DNA from: the human T2T-CHM13v2.0 reference genome, Homo sapiens
Length of the DNA stretch: 64,000 bases
Strand: one strand, 5' to 3'
Assembly: GCF_009914755.1 (NCBI RefSeq)
Contig: NC_060940.1
Each line of letters opens with the position of its first letter. Positions within the stretch are counted from its first letter, which is position 1. Under the pieces are notes generated by a model. The model did no database searches, had not been told where the DNA came from, and was given only the letters and a program-made list of their open reading frames with translations. Shown here one piece after another: positions 1-16,535 of the stretch. Made by a program: the position numbers and the translations under genes.

Positions 1-304
1 CTAGAATTTGTAACATTTCACCCCCTGCTCCTTCCTGATCTGCACTGGAGCATCTTTCTTCTGTCCCTGCTCTACTCAGAGTTCACTTTCCCTTCCCTCA
101 CATCAGCTTCGTTGAGGCTGGTTTGAACTTAATGCAAAACATTCTCACTAATGATTGAATTCCCACCAAGATTTCCATATTATCACAGTATGCTTTTAAT
201 CTTCGAAGATATTAAATATTTGTTCTCATCATAGCTAAAATGCAACGCAAATCCCATCTGAGATGTGGGTCAGATACCTATGAATCTCCTGAGGTAGTCA
301 TTGA

Positions 305-640
<336 letters not shown>

Positions 641-1017
641 TGATTTCTGCACATAGGATAAAAAAAAAATCATGTACTAGGATTTCAAGAGAAGCAATGG
701 GTAATCTAAAAAGATGAAAAGAGCAACCACGTCTATCCCACAGCTACTGCTAGATTTCATAGGAAAGGTAGCTGGCCCAGTTTGGAGCTAGGAGAAATGT
801 CAAACACATGAAGAAATGAGAAGCAAAGAAATGCCATCACACATGAATGCTTCATGACACCCATGATGTCCCTGCTTAGGAGGTAATGACTAGATGACAA
901 GGACAAAGATGAGAGGTACAAAGTTGTCCAAGTCCAACAGCTCAACTGAACTTTCCTAAATGGAATTGTTAAAAAGTGGTAAATTTAAAAACTTCCCCTG
1001 GCTCACGTGGTGGCTCA

Positions 1018-1317
<300 letters not shown>

Positions 1318-2509
1318 TTATACCAAAAATTCTCTGTTCAGGACTAAGTGGCATAGAGAATGTTAAATGTGCCTAGATATCTTCATAACTCATATATTTT
1401 CTGTTTTCTACATATCTTGAAAGGCAGTGCCAAATGACGTGTAATTATCTAGGCAGTAAAACTGAAACATACTTCCTCTTCCCTTGAATATCAAAAAGCA
1501 TTGTGGTATTAGTACTTTTATCTTGGATCATTGTTCAGAAGGAGGTTCAGCCCCCAGACAACCACATTTTTACTGTCATGAATGGCAAGACAAAATGTAG
1601 AGCTCAACTTACCCAAAGGAAAAAAGGCTCAAAAGACAAATTATGGCACAACTTAGCAGCCAAATTCTTACCAAGTACAGACTTTTGACATACGGATCTC
1701 TCTCCAGTTGCAAGTGGGAACATGCACTTTGAATGATGTCATTCAAAATTACCCTGCCCAGACACACTTTTCATTGATTCTCTTGGAGGGCAGTTCTAAG
1801 AGATTCTCTGGGGCTTTCTCTGCATCATGAGACGCAGTGCAGTTCTGCCCTTCACCTTCCGGCAGTTTGTCACCTCGTCCCTATGACCTCAGAGGAACTT
1901 TGTCTCAGGCCAACTGTTTGTTCCTTGGGCTCTTTCATTTCCCCTAAAAATCATTTGCTGCCCCTCTAAATGGCCTACATCTCCATCTATCTCCCTCTAC
2001 CCTCAGAAGAGGGTGCTCTTTAAGCATCAACCATCCAGCCCTTCTAGCAGTCTCATTTTTCAGCTGGTTCCCATGTTTATGCCTGTTCTATGTTTTTCTT
2101 TTCCTGTTAAGCTGTCTGTTGTCAGCTCATTTCTGCAGTGAATCTTCAGAGAGGAGATTGGAAGCTTTCCTTCCACCCATACGATAGAACTATAAAGCAG
2201 AAGAGTTTAGAAAGACTTTCCCATTTAAGTGACGAAACCTCATACTCCATTTGTGACAAATAGCACAAAGGTTAAAAAAACTTATTTTTGACCAAAAGCT
2301 CTGTTGACATTCTATTAAACACCGACCTATTTAATTTTCATAATGTAAATGGCAGATATTTTCATAATTCTTATGCTAATAAATCATTTCCCTGATTTTT
2401 TGGGTAAAACCACATATTCATAATGAAGTCCAGAAACGTGAATTGTTTCATATAATTTATTCTTATTTGTGATTACAAGTATACCTCTACAGAAAGTTAG
2501 TATACTCAC

Positions 2510-2638
2510 ACAAAGGTAACTTGTGCAGAGGGAGATGGCAAATTTATAACTTCTCAGAAACACAGTAATGATAAGTAACCAAGGACTTCCACCAAAGTCA
2601 GTCCCACGATGACGATGGTCAGCCAGAGTATTGATAAC
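2510..2638 (-). CDS. NPIPA5: NPIP (NPIPA-type, likely NPIPA5) common coding exon: [43 protein letters not shown]
   Basis: Minus strand ttattattccAG|GTT...TGT|GTGAGT; 129 nt, phase 0/0; peptide matches NPIPA family N-terminal region. Paralog name inferred from adjacency to MPV17L; the remaining exons lie left of the window. Confidence 0.88.
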
Positions 2639-2982
2639 CTGGAATAATAATAGTTGAAATAATGAAAAGGTCAATGACACTGACAATATTTCACTCAGAA
2701 AGAATCATCCTTAGAAACCGTCAACCTCCTCCAAAAGGTAACCACATCCCTCAGATATCACCGTGGGATTCCACTGCTACAAAAAAGAACAGAAGTTAGA
2801 GAAGTCTCATGTTTTTCAGATGGCTGGTAGTGTTTTTAGGCATTGCAAATGTGGGGTGTTGTCTTTCTTGGTATAAAGCAGGGATATCCAATCTTTTGAC
2901 TTCCCTGCCTATATTAAAAGAAGCAAAGTTGTCTTGAGCCACACATAACATACACTAACACTAACAATAGCTGATGATCTAA

Positions 2983-3153
<171 letters not shown>

Positions 3154-3215
3154 TGACTAATTTTTGTATTTTTAGTAGAGATGAGGTTTCACCATGTTGG
3201 CCAGTCTGGCCTTGA

Positions 3216-3432
<217 letters not shown>

Positions 3433-3616
3433 TAGCTGGGAGTACAGGTGCCTGACAGTGCACTCAGCAAATTTTTGTATTTTTTGTGGAGATGGGGTTT
3501 TGCCATGTTGGCCAGGGTGGTCTCGAACTCCTGACCTCAGGTAATCTGCCCGCCTCAGCCTCCCAAAGTGCTGGGATTACAGGCATGAGCCACTGTACCT
3601 GGCCAAAATCTCCTAA

Positions 3617-3853
<237 letters not shown>

Positions 3854-4346
3854 TAACTGGGATTACAGGCGCCTGCCACCACGCTCGGCTAATTTTTGTC
3901 TTTTTAGTAGAAACAGGGTTTCACCATCTTGGCCAGGCTGGTCTCCAACTCCTGACCTCATGATCCACCTGCCTCGGCCTCCCAAAGTGCTGGGAATACA
4001 GGTGTGAGCCACTGCACCTGGCCAGTAGTTATCTTTTCTTTAGTTATTTACTTGTTTTTTAAATTGATGTATAACATTGGATGCATTTATTATATATCAC
4101 ATGGTAAAAGAATCCCTCTAAATAATACTTCTCTCTTGGATTATATGAATCTTTGTCATTTAAAGCTCAGCATAAGTAAAAAAAAAAAATACAATGAAGA
4201 GATTATTTCATTCACAAATAAGTATCGAATTTTAGTTCTTAAAAAGTAACAAGGTGGGCCGGGCGTGGTGGCTCACGCCTGCAATCCCAGCACTTTGGGA
4301 AGCCGAGGTGGGTGGACCACGAGATCAGGAGATTGAGACCATCCTA

Positions 4347-4556
<210 letters not shown>

Positions 4557-5163
4557 TTACCAAGGTGGAGATCATGAAAATGGCATGAATAGTGTGGGAT
4601 TTCTCTAAGATTGTTGATATTAATTCCATTAGACTCTTATGTGAGTGAAGACAAAGACTTCCCCTGAGTAAGTTCAGACAGCTTGTGATAACATTTCTAC
4701 ATCAATTCCTCAGGATTTAACTATATATTCTTGAAAACATCTCAATTTTAAATGTTTCTTTCAAGATGGTGAATTAAACAGAGATAGCCCTTCAACAGGT
4801 TGAACTCAGCATATGCTGAGTCTGAAATGGAAATGATGGAGTTAGAGAAGCATACAACAATGGTAATGATTTCAGAAATACGGTGTTGAGCAGAATAAAG
4901 CAGACACAAAAGAGTACCTATGGCATGGCATGCATCTGTATACGTGAAATTCCAGAATAAGCAAGCTAACCTATGATAAGAAAGAGACTGGCTGGGAAGA
5001 GTGAGAGTTCACTTTCTGGGGTGACATAATAGTGTAGATCTTGGCTGGGCACGGTGGTTCACGCCTGTAATCCCAACACTTTGGGAGGCCGAGGCGGGCG
5101 GATCACCTGAGGTCGGGAGTTCAAAACCAGCCTGACCAACATGGAGAAACCCTATCTCTACTA

Positions 5164-5373
<210 letters not shown>

Positions 5374-6242
5374 TTATGCTGGTGTATGTACTTTCCAAAG
5401 TTAGTAAACTTACACTTAAGGTTATATATTTTGGCCAGGCGCGGTGGCTCACGCCTGTAATCCCAGCACTGGGAGGCTGAGGCAGGCGGATCACGAGGTC
5501 AAGACATGGAGACTATCCTGGCGAACATGGTGAAACCCAGTCTCTACTAAAAATACAAAAATTAGCCAGGCGTGGTGGCCTACTAAAAATACAAAAATTA
5601 GCCAGGCGTGGTGGTCTACTAAAAATACAAAAATTAGCCAGGCATTGTAATCTGAGCTACTCAGGAGGCTGAGGCAGGACAATTGCTTGAACCCCGGAAG
5701 CGGAGGTTGCAGTGAGCCGAGATCTTGCCACTGCACTCCAGCCTGGGCGACAGAGTGAGACTCTGTCTAAAAAACAAACAAACAAAAAAGTCATCAAACC
5801 AGATGACACAAATCAAATGACATTTCACTTTGTTTTGGTCCGTTTTGTTTGTTGGAGACAAGAGTGCAGCGGGGCCATCTCGGCTCACTGCAACGTCCAG
5901 CTCCTGGGCCCAAGCGATCCTCCCACCTCAGCCTCTCCAGTAACTGGGATAACAGGTACGCACCACCAGGCCCGACTAATCTTTTTTGGAATTTTTTGTA
6001 GAGATGGGGTTTCGCTATGATGCCCTGGCTAGTCTTCAACTCCTGGACTCAAGTGATCTGCCCACCTCGGCCCCCTAAAGTGCTGGGATTACAGGCCTGA
6101 GCTGTGTAATTTCATGCCGCGTGACACAGCCCAGTAAAAAGGAAGAAACCCCGCGGGTCCAACGTCTACTCACACAGGTGGACTGATGGCTGATAAATCC
6201 CAGCAGGAGCCAAAAGAGCAGCCACAGCACCCATCTACTCAC

Positions 6243-6317
6243 ACAGGTGGACTGATGGCTGATAAATCCCAGCAGGAGCCAAAAGAGGAGCCAAAAGAGC
6301 AGCCACCGCACCCGCAT
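6243..6317 (-). CDS. NPIPA5: Alternative NPIP first coding exon, signal-peptide-like MRVRWLLFWLLFWLLLGFISHQSTC (extendable to a second donor at 6174)
   Basis: ATG 6317, 25 codons, TGT|GTGAGT phase 0; resembles the NPIPB-type N-terminus MRLRFWLLIWLLLGFISHQPT; use in this paralog not demonstrable from sequence. Confidence 0.62.
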
Positions 6318-6419
6318 GTCCTGGTCCTTTCAGGGCTCCCTGAGGCAGCCAGGACAGAGGTGGAGGTGGCTTAGGGCAGGGCGGAGGGAAGGGGACGGGG
6401 ACCGGGGCCGGATCTGAGT

Positions 6420-6534
6420 TGGGGAGGGGGAGGGGAGGGGGAGGGGAAGGGGAAGGGGAGGGGAAGGGGAGAAGTAAGGGAAGGGAAAGGAGGAGAAGGG
6501 GGCTGTTGGGGAGGAGGAGGAGGAGAAGAAAGGG
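6420..6534 (+). repeat. Polypurine (GGGGA/GGGAA/GGA)n tract
   Basis: Nearly pure G/A run with many G4-G5 tracts. Confidence 0.85.
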
Positions 6535-7027
6535 GTCTGGGAAAGGATCCGGTTCAAATTAAGTTCTCAAGCGCTGGTGGAAGGTTTAGCTACAGGTCAC
6601 GGAGAAGATCAGGGAAGCAACAGGACAGGCGGGGCAAGGGAGCGTGAGGCTTAGGAGCAATTAGGAGACAAAGGTTCTGCTTTCCACCAAACCTTCTTCG
6701 GTCTGGGCCCTCCCTTAGCAACCCTGGGGCTTTAGACTCTCTCTCCACCAATCCCTGATGACCCCGGTGGTGCCTCACAATGGACATTCCAAGTAGTGCC
6801 CGCATCATCCCAATGACCCCTCCCCCATCTCAGTCCCCCACGCTCCTCCCAAGGCCAGGTCCTCTCTGGAACCTTCACAAACCTGATTTCTGGTCCTCCC
6901 CAACCAGCTCCCTGTCCCTGCTTCTGGGCGCTCCTTCCTTCCTGAGCTCCCAGGGTTCCTCAAGGTCACTTTTGGCGACAAAACATAAAAAACAAATGAT
7001 GGCAGGATGGCAGGAAGAACCTCATAC

Positions 7028-7090
7028 CCAAGCAGAGTGCCAGGTTTTACAGCCTCCGCTCAGCCATTCATATCCTAAGCAACAAAACAT
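7028..7090 (-). CDS. NPIPA5: NPIPA canonical first coding segment [21 protein letters not shown]
   Basis: ATG at 7090-7088, 21 codons, donor TGG|GTATGA, phase 0; matches the recalled NPIPA1/A5 N-terminus. Not in the ORF track (too short). Confidence 0.88.
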
Positions 7091-8199
7091 CAGCAGGATG
7101 CGGAAGGTCCCGATAGTAAACCATCTCCATCACAACCATGTAGCCATCCGTCCATCAACCTGTATCTCAGGAACAAATGTACATACATTCATTTTAAGCA
7201 TGCATGGTACATTTACAAAAATTAACCTGACTTATTTTGTTCCAGCAAATCTCAATATATTTGAGAGCAATCAAATCACACAGCATGTTTCTGATCATAA
7301 AACTGTGCTAGAAGTCAATGATTAAAAGCTAATTCAAAATTATTATTTGCTTGGAAATTCAAAGTGCCCTTATAAGACATAAACATAAGAAAGAATCCAA
7401 AATGAAACAAGATTGCCTTTCAACTCAATGATGAGATCATAACATGGCAATAAAATGTCTCCCTCTGGCCTGGGAATTCCTCTTTGTGGCACAAGGTTGC
7501 GTGATCTCAAATCACCCCTAACCCACCTAGACATTTTAACATCCGAAACCGAGTGATGATGTCCTTATCTATATTATCTTACTGCCCGTGTGTGTGGACT
7601 TTAAATTCTGAACCCAAATGAGGGGGAGAAAACCAAGCTGACTTTCATGACTGGCCTCTCAGGGATGTCCAAGGAATCTGTGCATTTCAAGAAACAAAGC
7701 TCATCAGCTTCTCTCCTAAGGTATTTGCCCACAATACCCAGAGGGCTTGGCAGCATCATGTGTGATGGGTGGGGAGCTCCAAGCAGGTGGGCAGGACCCA
7801 GGGGCCTGGTGACCAGGACAGACCCCCACTGTCCATCACCTTTCCTGGCCCTGTCCTCAGCTAAACTTCCCACAGGCCTTCTGCCCGATCACACAGAGTG
7901 TGCCCAAACTCTCTCAGGCCTCTGGCAGCTGAAAAGCACTGCTTTAAATCCCTTTACCATTTACTATGACATAAGGTTATTGTAAACAGGAAATATTCTA
8001 TTGATGCTACAAATGGAAAGCCAATGCCTTTACCATAAATAGAAAAACAACCCTAAGAAGCAAGCAAAACAAAAGAAAACAGGGGCTGGGTGTGGTGGCT
8101 CACACCTGTAATCCCACCACTTTGGGAGGCCGAGGTGGGCGGATCACAAGGTCAGGAGTTCCAGACCAGCCTGGCCAATATGGTGAAACCCTGTCTCTA

Positions 8200-8376
<177 letters not shown>

Positions 8377-8765
8377 CTACAAACAAACAAAAAACAGGGT
8401 TAACAAAAGTATGGAATTCAATTCTTTTTATATGCTGCAGCCATGTTCCAGCCCTAGATTTGGCTGGGCATGGTGGCTCACGCCTGTAATCCCAGCACTT
8501 TGGGAGGCTGAGGCAGGCGGATCACGAGGTTAGGGGTTGACACGAGCCTGGCCAATATGGTGAAACCCCATCTCTACTAAGAATACAAAAATTAGCTGGG
8601 CATGGTGGCGCATACCTGTAGTCCCAGCTACTCAGAGGCTGAGGCAGAGGAATTGCTTGAACCCGGGAGACGGAGGTTGCAGTGAGCCGAGATTGTGCCA
8701 TTGCACTCCAGCCTGGGGGACAGAGTGAAACTCTGTCTCAAAAAAAAATAAAAAATATATATATA

Positions 8766-8776
8766 TGTGTGTGTGT

Positions 8777-8808
<32 letters not shown>
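8766..8808. repeat. (TG)n microsatellite after an Alu tail
   Basis: Direct reading. Confidence 0.9.
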
Positions 8809-9723
8809 ATCTCTATAAATCTCAAAAATAAAAGATCATTTTTGAGATTATCATTTTAAAAGACAAGATAATGTTCAACTTAATGAATAATTTAATTATT
8901 ACTACTGGACTTTTTGTAGACTGCACAGAGCATTCAAAACAAATGAAGGAGAATAAAAAATATGTATTACATGTTGTAAAATAAATGTGATGTGGTTAAT
9001 TCTTTTATTCAAAATTATAGAACATATATATGTACTGTAGAATGTATTTCTTATTATGAGTCATGTTAAAAAGTAGTTTAGAAGCTGTTGATTTGAATTT
9101 CCTTTTCAAATTTTGCAGGATAATTTTTTTTTTTTTTTGACAGAGTCTCGCTCTGTCGTACAGTCTGGAGTGCAATGGCGTGATCTCGGCCCACTAAAAC
9201 CTCCACCTCCTGAATTTCAGCAATTCTCCTGTCTCAGCCTCCTGAGTAGCTGGAACTACAGGCTGACACCACCATGCCCGGCTAATTTTTGTATTTTTAG
9301 TAGGGACGAGGTTTTGCCATATTGGTCAGGCTGGTCTCGAAGTCCTGGCCTCTGGTGATCCACCAGCCTCAGCCTCCCAAAATGCTGGGATTACAGGCAT
9401 GAGTCACCATGCCCAGCCTAAACTTGGCAAGATAATAAATAACCTTTTTAAGTGTCGTTGGGCACTTGTCTGGTTGTTTTTCTTTAGGTTACCATGCCAG
9501 CAATGATTCCTTTTGAGTTTCTGACAGAAGATAGTGGTTTTCATCCAAATAAGTCAACTACTCTACCCCATCCCTAAGCCACTTGTATGGAAAGAAAAAG
9601 AGGAAGAAGCCAGTACTGAGACTGCGTAAGCTTCCCCCAGCATCACCCGCTATGAGATGTGTGGCAGCTGAGACCCGGGAACTGCTCAAGGGCACCAGGC
9701 CCCATCTGTCTGCACTCACTCAC

Positions 9724-9843
9724 CTTCCTCAGGTACTCGCATGGGCATGTCACTGACTTTACGTGCTGCTGCAGCTCCTTGGTGAGCTGGCCCTGGTCAT
9801 GGGACAGGAACCGTGGGGTCAGGACAATAGAGAGCTTCACCAT
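9724..9843 (-). CDS. NPIPA5: Alternative NPIP first coding exon [40 protein letters not shown] (ACSM1-derived)
   Basis: ATG 9843, 40 codons, donor AAG|GTGAGT phase 0; matches the N-terminus of several NPIP paralogs and the ACSM1 segment [40 protein letters not shown] (recalled). Confidence 0.8.
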
Positions 9844-11869
9844 TTGCAGAATGAGAACAGGGGCTCATGATGAGTGCCAACCTATTAGACAATTTTAAAA
9901 AAAAAAGTGTTGAATGAGTGGAAAAACAAGGTGATGTTTGAGTCTATAGTGGTCAAGGGCTTCAGAAAAGGACAGAACCAAGTTCAAATTCCTGTACTTT
10001 GAATTTCTACTTCATGCCATGCAAAATTACTTTACCCCTTTTAACCTCAGTTTTCTTCTGTGTGAAACAGGAACAATAGTTTCATTCGTCATTCAGTTTC
10101 TCTCAAGGTTTCACGAGATCATACCTATAAAACATCCAAGTCATTTAAATGTATCATCATTTCGGTCATAATTAGTGGGATCCATTTCACTATTATTGGA
10201 TATACAGTTCTGTGCCTGAAACCTACAAAAAAAGAAAATGTTAAGTCTAAAAAGCATTAGTGATTTCTCATTTTTACATTACTAATTATAACCCTGTTTA
10301 ATCACACAAGGCCTTGTCCGCGGCAGGTGCTCAATAAACACTTGTCGAATCAATGCATGTGGGCTCCGGAGCCACACTGTTTAGATTCTATTCTGCCTCC
10401 ACCACTTATCAGCTGTGTGATCTGGGTAAGATAATTCACCTCTTTATGTCTGCACTTCCCTCTCCATAAACTATATATAACGAGAATCCTTAGCTCATTC
10501 GGTTGTGGTGAGGGGTGAATGATTTGGCACACAGGAGGGGCTTGTTAACATTAGCTGTGATGATCTCCTTCCAAATCTTCATTTTCAGAGCCACAGATGA
10601 GGCCATAGTGCAACCAGGTGACCTTAGAGTGTAAGTACACATGATCGCCAGCTATGCTCTATCTCCACCATAGGTCCAAGACTGGGTAGTTCTGGCCTGG
10701 AGGCTTCTGCTGCATCTGCCTTCTCAGTGTTCACCTAAGGACTTTTGTATTTTCCTCCTCACATCCCCACAGAAGGGGTTCAGGCTGCCGAACACAGCTG
10801 GGTGATGCCAGGGCAGTGGCCACCTGTGCCAGCCCTGTGAGGTAGCTGGAGGATCATTGCTCCTTCCTTCTCAGGCTCTGGGCAGATGCCAGGGCTGGGG
10901 TGACCCATGCCCTCAAGTTTCTTGCTTTGGAGGGCCACATTTTCCCTTGGCAAAGAGGGTAAAGGTCACAGGATGCCGGAGAGCTGTGACTTCTCTGTGC
11001 CCTGGGCCCAAACTATGAAGACCTGACACACTATGCTAAAAGTCCAAGGCTGGGTGCTCCCCAGAGCTTCTTGCCTCACCACTTCTGCTGAGGGAGGAAT
11101 GAATACTATGTCCTCCCAGAGCTTTGGGAGCTTGTAGCAAGCAGCCTCCCCAGCGCAAAATCTCTTGGAAACCTCTAACTGTGTCGGAAACATTAGTGCA
11201 AATGTTGCATCCTATTTCCCATATGTCCGCATGTTTTAGGAAAAAACCCTCAATTTCCTAAATATGCAAGAAAAATTGGTATTGTAGGACAATGTGACTT
11301 TTTAAAAAATGTTATTTAAACATCTTCCCCACCTCCTTTTCTGCCCTCCAAGACTGCCAAATACTTGTTGAACAAATATTATTAAATGCCTACTACGTGC
11401 CAGCCATGATTCATGGTCTTGGGGACACAGCAGAGAACGAACTGACAGGATTCCTCTCTTATGTAACTCACATTCTTATATGATAATGATAAGGGTTAAC
11501 ATTAATTAAGCTGTCACTACGTGTTAGTCACGGTGCAGTCATTCCCACACATTATTACACTTAAACCTGCTAGCAAGCTTGCAAGGTAGTTAGTTGTTTT
11601 TCCTTTAAAAACTGAGTCTCAGAATGATGAAGCACTTTGTCCAATGTCACACAGCTAGTAAGTGTGGAGACCTTGCATCCAATCAATGCCCGTCTCATTC
11701 TAAACACCACGTTATGTGTTCTCCAGCCCATGGAGAATAATTTTAACACAGTCAATGAAATCTCTACACAACAATGTTCTTGTCTCAAGTCCAAGAAAGC
11801 CATAATACTGGCTTTCTGGTGAGTAAAGATGCCATTCTCATGTGTAATCAGGTGGCAAATGGAGATATG

Positions 11870-13205
<1,336 letters not shown>

Positions 13206-13417
13206 TAGCCAGGATGGTCTCAATCTCCTGACCTCGTGCTCTGCCCGCCTCGGCCTCCCAAAGTGCTGGGATTACAGATGTGAGCCACCGCGCCCAGCTT
13301 AATTTTTGCATTTTTAGTACAGAGGAGGTTTCACCATGTTGGCCAGGATGGTCTCGATCTACTGACCTTGTAATCTGCCTGCCTCGGCCTCCCAAAGTGC
13401 TGGGATTACAGGCATGA

Positions 13418-13579
<162 letters not shown>

Positions 13580-14300
13580 TGAGTGCCACCGTGCCTGGCT
13601 CATTTTTGTATTTTTACTAGAGACAGCGTTTCATCATGTTGGCCAGGCTGGTCTCAAATCCTGGCCTCAACTGATCCACTCTCATTGGCCTTCCAAGGTG
13701 CTGGGATTATAGGCATGAGACACCACACCTGGCTCAGTAAGTACATTTTTTATTATCAAAAAAGAGTAGTGTATGATTGGCTTATTCTGTGTAGAATGTA
13801 TTTTATCGATGGCTTCTATTTTTATAATTTCTGAGTTAAGTAATTTTTAATGAATGCTTTTTAGTTTGGGGCAGATTCAGTTGACTAAAGCACCTCATTT
13901 CCCAGATACATGAAATAAAATATTTGGCTTCTTTTCCAATTTCACACTGATGTTATTTTGTGAAAATCAGTGCTTTAAGATAAATCTTTATACTTTAAGG
14001 TAAACATGAGAAACTTGATCTAATATTTAATATTTATTCAGTTCTACACTTTATTAACTTCTACACCAGCAGATTTAAAAATTATGTAACTATCTCAAGA
14101 AGTTTCACTTGGGTGTAACGGTTCACGCTTGTAATCCCAGCACTTTGGGAGGCTGAGGTGGGAGGATTGCTTAAGACAAGGAGTTTGAGACCAGCTTGGG
14201 CAATACAGCAAGATCCCATCTCTATTTTAAAGAAAAGTTTCACTTTGGGAGGCCAAGGCAGGCGGATCACAAGGTCAGGAGATCGAGACCATCCTGGCTA

Positions 14301-14556
<256 letters not shown>

Positions 14557-15164
14557 TCATGTTCCACAGATTTCAAGTTGTGAAGCCCTGAACTGTTAAT
14601 TTATCTTGAGAATGTACATTTAAGCTTAATTTAAGACTATATACCTAAAAATTGAGCATATAATTTGTATAATTTGTTTATGTAAGTTTTTGTAAGTCAT
14701 AAGTATGTAGTTTCCAAGTATATAATTTATCTGAATGTAATAGGCATTAATATATTTTACATTATTGGGACCATAATACAGAAATTTCTAAATGGTTTGT
14801 AAAATAACTTGTTATTTGCAATGTTGTAAAAGTAGTTAATACAATGGAAAAACTCATAATAAGAAGATACATTTTAACATCAAGAAGTTTACCCAAGGTA
14901 ATTATGAATACTACCTGGCAAACTTTACAGAAGCTGTGGTATCACTTTTATGATAGAAGAATAGTGTTTGCATTTTGTGTAAAAGTACTTGGGGCTGGGA
15001 GTAGTGGCTCATGTCTATAATCCCAGTGCTTTGGGAGGTGAAGGCAGGTGGATCATCTGAGCCCAGGAGTTTGAGACCAGCCTAGGCAACATGGCAAGAG
15101 CCTGTCTCTCCAAAACCTATGAAAATTAGCCAAGCATGGTGGTGTGAGCCTGTAGTCCCAGCTA

Positions 15165-15473
<309 letters not shown>

Positions 15474-15840
15474 TCAGGTGGCTGAGACAGGAGAATCGCT
15501 TGAACCTGGGAGGAATAGGTTGTAGTGAGCCGATAAATATAAAAAGTATTAGAGTCCTAACAGAGGAAAGTTTCCACTGATCACCTTTTAGCTTTGAACA
15601 ATGCAGAAGCATTTGCCCAGTTTACTTGTAATTAAAAATCATGCATCATTCACAATTTATCAGTCTTTTTTGTTTGTACAAAAACTAATATAAGTTATTC
15701 TCTTTTGTCTGTATTGTGACTGGTTTGGTGAGAGGGAATTAGGCCACTCGAGAGTTTGTGTGTGTTTAAAATTTTCTGGCCAGGCACGGTGGCTCATGCC
15801 TGTAATCCCAGCACATTCGGAGGCTGAGGCAGGGGTATCA

Positions 15841-16116
<276 letters not shown>

Positions 16117-16535
16117 TCATTACTGTCTAGTTAAACTGGTTAATGCGGAAAGGAAGTCTGGAAATTCCAGTTTTAAAGTAAAATTTTGGACATTGTAGGA
16201 TTGATTATTTGGCATAGCTGTGATGTTTGTTGCTGCATTATGGTTTTGTTGGCAGGGCAGCCTTTAAGGACCTGTATATTTTCTTCTAGACTCTATATAT
16301 TCCCCGTCAGTATTAGTTGCATGGTCAAACTGGCAAATTTTACCATAGGTATAAATAATAGAGAATGTGGAAGAATAGTGAATAGTGTCAGAGATAGTTA
16401 AAGGTCCATACAGAAGTAGAGAAGGTAATAAGTAATAGTGGCTTGGACTAAATATTTGTTGAATAAATTTTTTAAAAAACAGCCTACCTAAAATTTGTGT
16501 TGAAGATATGAATGAATGAAGTTTCCGCACCCTTA

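Noticed and set aside
7044-7057. 14-nt match GTTTTACAGCCTCC shared with the intronic LTR at ~26225 (reverse strand)
   Set aside because: Does not extend; compatible with chance.
6780-7325. 181-aa plus-strand ORF antisense to the NPIP MFCC exon
   Set aside because: Low-complexity start, partly L1-like end, no supporting features.
7840-7928. Possible 89-nt minus-strand NPIP leader exon (ttttcAG...AAG|GTGATG)
   Set aside because: Splice-like motifs only; cannot be supported without transcripts.
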